A stretch of 15,074 nt of DNA, taken from positions 1 through 15,074 of the forward strand of contig CAXBQP010000062.1 in NCBI GenBank assembly GCA_963978095.1, read 5' to 3'. Position numbers and translations under genes: made by a program. Under the pieces are notes generated by a model, which worked only from the letters and a program-made list of their open reading frames with translations, was not told where the DNA came from and ran no database searches. The DNA comes from an uncultured bacterium (GTDB lineage: Bacteria > Gemmatimonadota > Gemmatimonadetes > Gemmatimonadales > Gemmatimonadaceae). This document shows positions 9,912 to 15,074 of this stretch, one piece after another (the stretch's first letter is position 1; each line of letters starts with the position of its first letter).

Positions 9912-11204
9912 ATGTCTGCCGTCCAGTTCATCGTCGAAGGTGGCCTCACCCTGTCGGGCTCCATCCGCCCGAGCGGCAACAAGAACGCCGCTCTCCCGAT
10001 CGTGGCCGCTGCGCTGCTCACGGATCAGCCGGTGACGCTGACCAACGTGCCGCGCATCCGCGACCTCGAGACGCTCGTCGACCTCGTGCGCACCACGGGG
10101 GCGACCATCGAATGGACTGCGCGGAACACCTTGCAGGTCCACGCCAAGAACCTCAGCGCCACCGCGCTCGACCCGGCCATGTGCGCGAGGATTCGCGCCT
10201 CGATCCTGCTCGCCGCGCCGTTGCTGGCCCGCTGCGGACAGGTGGAACTCTCACCGCCGGGCGGTGATGTCATCGGGCGTCGGCGACTCGACACGCATTT
10301 TCTCGCGTTGCAGCAGCTCGGCGCGACCCATGCCTTCGACGATCGGATCGCCTTCACGACGACCGGCCTCCGCGGGGCGGACGTCTTCCTCGATGAGCCG
10401 AGCGTGACCGGCACGGAGAACGCCGTCATGGCGGCCGTTGCCGCCACCGGGACCACGACGCTGCGCAACGCCGCCTGCGAACCGCACGTCCAGGACCTCT
10501 GCCACTTCCTTGTGACACTCGGAGCGCGCATCGAGGGGATCGGCAGCAACTGCCTCACGATTCATGGCGGTACGCCGCTCGGCGGCGGTACCCACGCCAT
10601 CGGCCCGGACCACATCGAAGTCGGCTCCTTCATCGGACTCGCCGCGGTCACCCGCTCGACCCTGACCATCGAAAACGCCGGCGTCGAGCATCTGCGTTCG
10701 ACGCGCTTGGGCTTCGAACGACTCGGCATCACCACCATTGCCGACGGCGACAATCTCATCGTTCCCGCCGAGCAGCGTCGCGCCATTCAGAGCGACCTCG
10801 GGGGGCACGTGCCGAAACTCGAGGATCAGCCGTGGCCGGCCTTTCCCGCCGACGTCATGTCAATCGCCATCGTCACCGCGACCCAATGCGACGGCCTGAT
10901 CCTGATGCACGAGAAGATGTTCGAGTCGCGCATGTTCTTCGTGGATAAACTCGTCAGCATGGGCGCCCGCATCGTCCTGTGCGATCCGCACCGCGCGCTG
11001 GTGGCGGGGCCGAGTCCCCTCCGCGGCGCGACCGTTGAAAGTCCGGACATCCGTGCCGGCATGGCCATGCTCATCGCGGCGCTCTGCGCCTCCGGCACCA
11101 GCGTCATCAACAATGTCGGCCAGATCGAGCGAGGGTACGAACGTATTCACGAGCGCCTGAACGCCCTCGGCGCCAACATCCGCCGCGTGGAGATCGGCGC
11201 GTAG
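9912..11204 (+). CDS. murA: UDP-N-acetylglucosamine 1-carboxyvinyltransferase (Asp-type active-site loop)
   Basis: [68 protein letters not shown]. Homology begins at ATG 9912 ([11 protein letters not shown]); the track's 9738 start overlaps the divergent gene. Confidence 0.96.
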   Translation: MSAVQFIVEGGLTLSGSIRPSGNKNAALPIVAAALLTDQPVTLTNVPRIRDLETLVDLVRTTGATIEWTARNTLQVHAKNLSATALDPAMCARIRASILLAAPLLARCGQVELSPPGGDVIGRRRLDTHFLALQQLGATHAFDDRIAFTTTGLRGADVFLDEPSVTGTENAVMAAVAATGTTTLRNAACEPHVQDLCHFLVTLGARIEGIGSNCLTIHGGTPLGGGTHAIGPDHIEVGSFIGLAAVTRSTLTIENAGVEHLRSTRLGFERLGITTIADGDNLIVPAEQRRAIQSDLGGHVPKLEDQPWPAFPADVMSIAIVTATQCDGLILMHEKMFESRMFFVDKLVSMGARIVLCDPHRALVAGPSPLRGATVESPDIRAGMAMLIAALCASGTSVINNVGQIERGYERIHERLNALGANIRRVEIGA

Positions 11205-11902
11205 TGTCTGCGCTGTCCCGCCACGAGGCGATCGCGCCGTTCGCGGCGATCGGGATCACCGCCTTCACCACCACCCGAGCGGCCGGCGACTTCGCGCTCG
11301 GCGAGATGGAGCCGCTCCCGGCGGGGGTCGCACGCTGGGAACAGCTGGTCCAGGAGCTGACGCCAGAGGCGCTGCGCCTCGCCAGCGCGCGACAGGTCCA
11401 CGGCGCCACCGTGCTCACGCATGAGGCCGATTTTCGCGGCTGGCGCCGTCAGGACGCCGCGGACGGCCACTTCACGCACAGCGCGGGCACGGCTCTCGCC
11501 ATAACCGTCGCGGACTGCGTGCCGATCTTCCTCGGTCATCCGTCCGGCGCGATCGGGCTGCTCCACGCGGGCTGGCGCGGCACCGTCGCACACATTTTGG
11601 AGGTCGGGATTGCGCGCTTCACGGAGGCGGGGCTGCGTGTCGGAGAACTACGCATGCACCTCGGCCCCGCGATCTGCGGTCGGTGCTATGAGGTCGGGCC
11701 TGAGGTCTTTGAACAGCTGACGGGATGGTCGACGACCCGGACTCGGCATGTCGACCTCCGCGCGCTGTTGGCGGAGCAAGCCCGGAACGGCGGGGTGCAG
11801 CACCTCTCGGCCAGTCCGTACTGCACCCGATGTGACAACGACCGGTTTTTCTCCCACCGCTGTGGCGATGCCCAGCGCCAGGTCGCCGTCATCCTGTCTT
11901 GA
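11204..11902 (+). CDS. pgeF: PgeF/YfiH (laccase-domain, LACC1/FAMIN-like) protein
   Basis: QVHG, ADG, VADCVPIFL, HAGWRG, GPAICGRCYEVG and CT..FFSHR motifs; GTG start overlaps murA TAG by 1 bp. Confidence 0.92.
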   Translation: MSALSRHEAIAPFAAIGITAFTTTRAAGDFALGEMEPLPAGVARWEQLVQELTPEALRLASARQVHGATVLTHEADFRGWRRQDAADGHFTHSAGTALAITVADCVPIFLGHPSGAIGLLHAGWRGTVAHILEVGIARFTEAGLRVGELRMHLGPAICGRCYEVGPEVFEQLTGWSTTRTRHVDLRALLAEQARNGGVQHLSASPYCTRCDNDRFFSHRCGDAQRQVAVILS

Positions 11903-11927
11903 CGGCGAGTGCGTTTTCATCTATAAT
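11899..11927 (+). promoter_or_regulatory. Near-consensus sigma70 promoter of the rimP-nusA-infB operon
   Basis: TTGACG (11899-11904) - 17 nt - TATAAT (11922-11927); the -35 overlaps the pgeF stop codon. Confidence 0.85.
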
Positions 11928-11962
11928 TCTGAGGCTGAACGGCGCACAGGGCCGTCGGCATG

Positions 11963-11992
11963 ATGTGGGGGAAGGTCTCCCCACATTTTTTT
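11963..11992 (+). terminator. Intrinsic terminator/attenuator in the rimP leader
   Basis: Stem ATGTGGGG (11963-11970) / CCCCACAT (11979-11986) followed by a T run to 11992; lies between the promoter and rimP. Confidence 0.8.
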
Positions 11993-12018
11993 GTCTTTGG
12001 ACGCTGCCGAGAATCAAC

Positions 12019-12495
12019 GTGAAGCACGAGTTGGAAGCGGTTGTCGCACAGGAAGTTACGCCGCTCGGGTACGAGTTGGCGGACTTTCGTGTCGGGGGGA
12101 CGAAGAGCCGCCCGGTGCTGGACATCCGGATCGATCGGTTGGACGCCCAGAAGGTGCAGGTGGGGGATTGCGAGCGGGCGTCGCGTGCCATTGAGGCGCG
12201 GTTGGACGCGATGCCGGACCTCATTGATGGCCGGTATGTATTGGAGGTGTCGTCGCCGGGGATGGAGCGGCCGCTGCGCACGGTCGCGCACTGGCGGCGC
12301 TTCGTCGGGCGCAGGGCGATGGTGACGAGCACGGTGCTCGCGCCCATCGGCGGACGTGCCGAGGTGGAGATTGTCGCAGTGGACGGAGATGACGCCGGGG
12401 CGCGGGTCTCCGTGAAGGACCAGAAGGGGAACATGTACGCAATGACGCTGGCGGAGATTTCGGAAGCCCGCTTGGCGTTTCACTGGAAACCGTAG
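12019..12495 (+). CDS. rimP: Ribosome maturation factor RimP
   Basis: GYELAD...VLDIRID...DCERASR..EARLD...YVLEVSSPGMERPL...W.RFVG; first gene before nusA. GTG 12019 chosen because the longer track ORF spans the promoter and terminator. Confidence 0.93.
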   Translation: MKHELEAVVAQEVTPLGYELADFRVGGTKSRPVLDIRIDRLDAQKVQVGDCERASRAIEARLDAMPDLIDGRYVLEVSSPGMERPLRTVAHWRRFVGRRAMVTSTVLAPIGGRAEVEIVAVDGDDAGARVSVKDQKGNMYAMTLAEISEARLAFHWKP

Positions 12496-12504
12496 GAGTC
12501 CGGA

Positions 12505-13830
12505 ATGGCCGGTTCGACGGAAATCTTGAACGCGATTCGCGAGCTCGCAAACCTCAAGCAGATTGAGCGCAAGGAGCTGCACGCCATGTTGCAGGACGGC
12601 ATCAGCGCCGCCCTCGCCAAGAAGCACGGGCCGACGGTCCAGGCGGAAATCGACATCGACGAAGACCGGGGAGAGATCAAGATCATCCTCCTCAAGAACG
12701 TCGTCGAGACCGTCGGGGACCTGGCCTGTGAGATGCAGCTCGAGGAGGCGCGATTGCTCGACCCCGATTACCAGATCGGGGACGTGCTCGAAGTGCCCGT
12801 CGACTTCGCGGAGTTCGGGCGCGCCGCGGTCCAGGCCGCCAAGCAGCGGATCGTCCAGCGCGTCCGTGAGGGCGAGCGGAGCAAGATCAAGGATGAGTTC
12901 ACCTCGCGCGTCGGCGATCTCCTCTCGGGCGAGATCCAGCAGATCGAGCGTGGCAAGATCGTCGTGATGCTCAACAAGTTCCGCGAGGCGGAGGCGATCA
13001 TGCCCTACCGCGAGCAGAACCACCGCGAGGACTACAAACAGGGCGAGCCCATTCGCGCCGTGCTCAAGAAGCTCGAGGACACCCCGAAGGGGCCTCGGCT
13101 CGTCCTTTCGCGCGGCGATGCCATGTTCGTCAAGGCGCTCTTCAAGCTCGAGGTCCCCGAGATGCAGCAGGGGATCGTCGAGATCCGCGCTGCCGCCCGT
13201 GAAGTCGGCAGCCGCACCAAGATCGCCGTCTTCTCCAAGGACGATTCGATCGATCCGGTGGGCGCATGCGTCGGGCTGAAGGGCTCGCGCGTGCAGGCGG
13301 TCGTGCAGGAACTCGGCGGCGAACGGATCGATATCGTGCCGTGGAGCACCGATCCGGAGCGCTTCGCCAAGCTCGCCCTTGCGCCTGCCAAAGTCGCGCG
13401 CGTCTTCAGCGATCACGCCACCAAGACCATCCAGGCCGTCGTCGACGAGGACCAGCTGTCGCTGGCCATCGGCCGCAACGGCCAAAACGTGCGACTCGCC
13501 TCCGAACTCACCGAGTGGAAGATCGATCTCTACTCGAGTCGCGAATGGTTGGAGCGCGGCGGTGAGATGCCGCTGTTCGCCCCGTTGTCCGAAGACGGGG
13601 ACGAGGGGGGCGACGTCAAGCTGTCCGACCTCGAAGGGCTGCCCCCGGCGACGGTGGCGGTGCTCGAAGCGGGGGGCTACGGCACCCTGAATGACATTCT
13701 CGACCTGGAGCGCGAGGACTTCCTCAAGCTCCCCGGCATCGCGCCGGAGGAGGCCGATCGCATCATGAAGCTGATCGAGGAACTGACGTTCGACGGCAAC
13801 GACGGCGAAGGGACCACGGCCTCGGCGTGA
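12505..13830 (+). CDS. nusA: Transcription termination/antitermination factor NusA
   Basis: FGRAAVQAAKQ, S1 domain, LFKLEVPEM, AREVGSRTKIAV, DPVGACVGLKGSRV, LGGERIDI, LAIGRNGQNVRLA; one acidic HhH-like C-terminal repeat; AGGAG SD. Confidence 0.98.
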   Translation: MAGSTEILNAIRELANLKQIERKELHAMLQDGISAALAKKHGPTVQAEIDIDEDRGEIKIILLKNVVETVGDLACEMQLEEARLLDPDYQIGDVLEVPVDFAEFGRAAVQAAKQRIVQRVREGERSKIKDEFTSRVGDLLSGEIQQIERGKIVVMLNKFREAEAIMPYREQNHREDYKQGEPIRAVLKKLEDTPKGPRLVLSRGDAMFVKALFKLEVPEMQQGIVEIRAAAREVGSRTKIAVFSKDDSIDPVGACVGLKGSRVQAVVQELGGERIDIVPWSTDPERFAKLALAPAKVARVFSDHATKTIQAVVDEDQLSLAIGRNGQNVRLASELTEWKIDLYSSREWLERGGEMPLFAPLSEDGDEGGDVKLSDLEGLPPATVAVLEAGGYGTLNDILDLEREDFLKLPGIAPEEADRIMKLIEELTFDGNDGEGTTASA

Positions 13831-14153
13831 TCGACGACGCCACCGCCAAGCGGGTGCTGGGGCTCGTCGGTCTCGGGCTCCGCGGTCGACTGGCGGTACT
13901 CGGCGTGGATCGCGTCAGGGAGGCGGCACAGAAGGGAACGTTGGAGCTGGCGCTGGTCGGGAGTGACGCGTCGGAAAACAGTCTGGACAAGGTGGTCCCT
14001 CTCCTGCGGGCAAAAGGGGTGCGGATCGTTCAGGGAATCTCCGCCGCGGCACTCGGTGGAGCGGCAGGGAAGGAAGCGACGGCGGTGATCGGCATCGTCG
14101 ACGCGAATCTGGCGAAGGGAATTCGCGGCGTCGTGGACGCCGTGGGCGCGTGA
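13827..14153 (+). CDS. L7Ae/L30e/S12e/Gadd45 family RNA-binding protein (YlxQ-like)
   Basis: LGLVGLGLRGRLAVLGVDRV...ALVGSDASENSLDKV...LGGAAGK...VIGIVD; canonical position between nusA and infB. Confidence 0.88.
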   Translation: MIDDATAKRVLGLVGLGLRGRLAVLGVDRVREAAQKGTLELALVGSDASENSLDKVVPLLRAKGVRIVQGISAAALGGAAGKEATAVIGIVDANLAKGIRGVVDAVGA

Positions 14154-14172
14154 GCGCAACGAGGAGGTTGGT

Positions 14173-14784
14173 GTGAGCAAGTTTTCGGTTTCGGACCTGG
14201 CAGCGGATCTCGGGATCTCGACGGACGACGTCCTCGGGATGTTGCGATCGCTCGAGGTCGCCGTCCGCGCGCCAAGTGCGCCGCTGACGGACGATCAGGC
14301 CGCGCGCGTGCGTGCGCGGTGGGAGCGCGTCAAGCGCGAACGCGCCGCGAAGGCGGCAGCACCGGCGCCCGCGCCGACGCGTCGCCGGAAAGCCGCGGAT
14401 GGCGCCACCGCCGATTCCGCGCCCTCCGCTGATCAAGCGGGAGCCACCGAGGCCAAGCCCAAAGCCAAGAGCAAGGCAAAAGTCGCCGAGCCTGCACCGA
14501 TCATCGAAGCGCCAAAGCCCGCGGTCACGCGTCGTCGGCGCGCCGCGGACGCGCCCACGGAGCCGGAGCCCGTGGCCCCGGCGCCGGTCGCTCAGGAACC
14601 GGTGGTCGCCGAGACCGCCCCACCGGCGCCGACCTCAACCACATGGTCTGGGAAACGCTCACGCACGGCGACGTGGGCGCGGTCGGTTTGCCGCCACCCA
14701 GCGATGCATCGGGAAGATAGGCGCGCAACCGCCGCAAGCTTTTCACACAAATCTATCTCGCGCTGGTCTGCCGCCGCGCCGTGA
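14173..14784 (+). CDS. infB: Translation initiation factor IF-2, N-terminal fragment only (truncated or chimeric; IF2-like to ~14633)
   Basis: GAGGAGG SD, IF2_N-like start (SVSDLAADLGISTDDVLGMLRSL...LTDDQ), Ala/Pro/Lys-rich linker and syntenic position. No GTPase domain; the frame becomes atypical after ~14634 and stops at 14784. Confidence 0.8.
   Translation: MSKFSVSDLAADLGISTDDVLGMLRSLEVAVRAPSAPLTDDQAARVRARWERVKRERAAKAAAPAPAPTRRRKAADGATADSAPSADQAGATEAKPKAKSKAKVAEPAPIIEAPKPAVTRRRRAADAPTEPEPVAPAPVAQEPVVAETAPPAPTSTTWSGKRSRTATWARSVCRHPAMHREDRRATAASFSHKSISRWSAAAP
14622..14720 (+). other. Probable 3' fragment of an unrelated coding sequence joined to infB
   Basis: The frame shifted -1 relative to infB reads TGADLNHMVWETLTHGDVGAVGLPPPSDASGR* with mostly G/C-ending codons, while the infB frame over the same bases has many A/T-ending codons. 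Confidence 0.4.
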
Positions 14785-14898
14785 CTGTCCGACTGCAAGA
14801 TCTGGCGCGCAAAAAAAACCAGCTTCGCCCCAACCTCACGATAACAACGCCGCCACGGCTCCAATCCTCCCTCCGCACTTCCCCCGATAGAGGCAGTC

Positions 14899-15074
14899 AA
14901 GGGTTCTCGCTCCGGGGGCCGAAGCCGAAGACATTGTCTATGTGTCCTCTTTGGTGTTGGGAGCAACAAGGGGTCACCCGATAGCTTCAGGAAGACGCCC
15001 CGGGGGGAACCGTCTTTGTTGACACGCCCCCTTAGGCGCCCGAGGAAGACTGGAACACGAAGGGTTCTCGCTCC
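14899..15074 (+). repeat. Exact 15-bp direct repeat AAGGGTTCTCGCTCC, two copies 161 bp apart (second copy reaches the window end)
   Basis: Copies at 14899-14913 and 15060-15074; the bases 5' of the two copies differ. Confidence 0.9.
14902..15050 (+). ncRNA. Candidate structured RNA/ssDNA element of unknown family (long rod plus hairpin)
   Basis: Manual pairing: 14902-14917 with 14998-15011; GAAG/CTTC; CTAT/ATAG; GTG/CAC; CCTCT/AGGGG; apical TGTTG-GGAG-CAACA; second hairpin 15012-15050. No family recognised. Confidence 0.35.

Noticed and set aside
11899..12018. N-terminal extension of RimP from TTG 11899
   Set aside because: The region holds the promoter and terminator hairpin; the TTG is the -35 box.
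14340..14633. Short GCGCCG/CCGGCG repeats in infB
   Set aside because: Explained by the Ala/Pro-rich low-complexity IF2 linker.
14615..14720. Programmed frameshift producing full-length IF2
   Set aside because: No slippery heptamer at the junction, and all three plus frames terminate by 14890 without GTPase motifs.
14592..14984. ORFs 14592-14969 (-) and 14781-14984 (+)
   Set aside because: No host-like codon bias or recognisable domain; they overlap the structured non-coding unit.
14896..15074. CRISPR array (a 37-nt stretch GTCAAGGG...GAAGAC superficially resembles a repeat)
   Set aside because: Only a 15-bp core recurs, the spacing is 161 bp, there are two copies only, and no cas genes are present.
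14899..15074. Known RNA families (hammerhead or hairpin ribozyme, SRP RNA, tRNA, 6S)
   Set aside because: No CUGANGA/GAAA core, no SRP helix-8 motif, no cloverleaf or T-loop; the rod is shorter than typical 6S. A covariance-model search is needed to exclude these formally.

Overview
High-GC bacterial chromosomal window, mostly housekeeping genes. The gene style suggests Gemmatimonadota; this is an inference, not a database result. On the left, a minus-strand operon runs roadblock/LC7 protein -> single-domain response regulator -> mannose-1-phosphate guanylyltransferase (cut by the window edge). It is transcribed divergently from a plus-strand run: putative lipoprotein-serS-pcrA/uvrD-gatC-gatA-gatB. 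Next come a convergent secreted Zn-dependent phospholipase C/S1-P1-like gene, then murA (Cys->Asp active-site variant) coupled to pgeF/yfiH. A near-consensus sigma70 promoter and terminator-like leader precede rimP-nusA-L7Ae(ylxQ-like)-infB. The main anomaly is the last ~450 bp. infB stops looking like IF2 after ~153 codons, long before the GTPase domain, and joins what looks like the 3' end of an unrelated gene. That is followed by non-coding DNA containing a 161-bp unit bounded by an exact 15-bp direct repeat and predicted by eye to fold into a long rod plus a second hairpin. Two or three promoters sit in leaderless-mRNA geometry.
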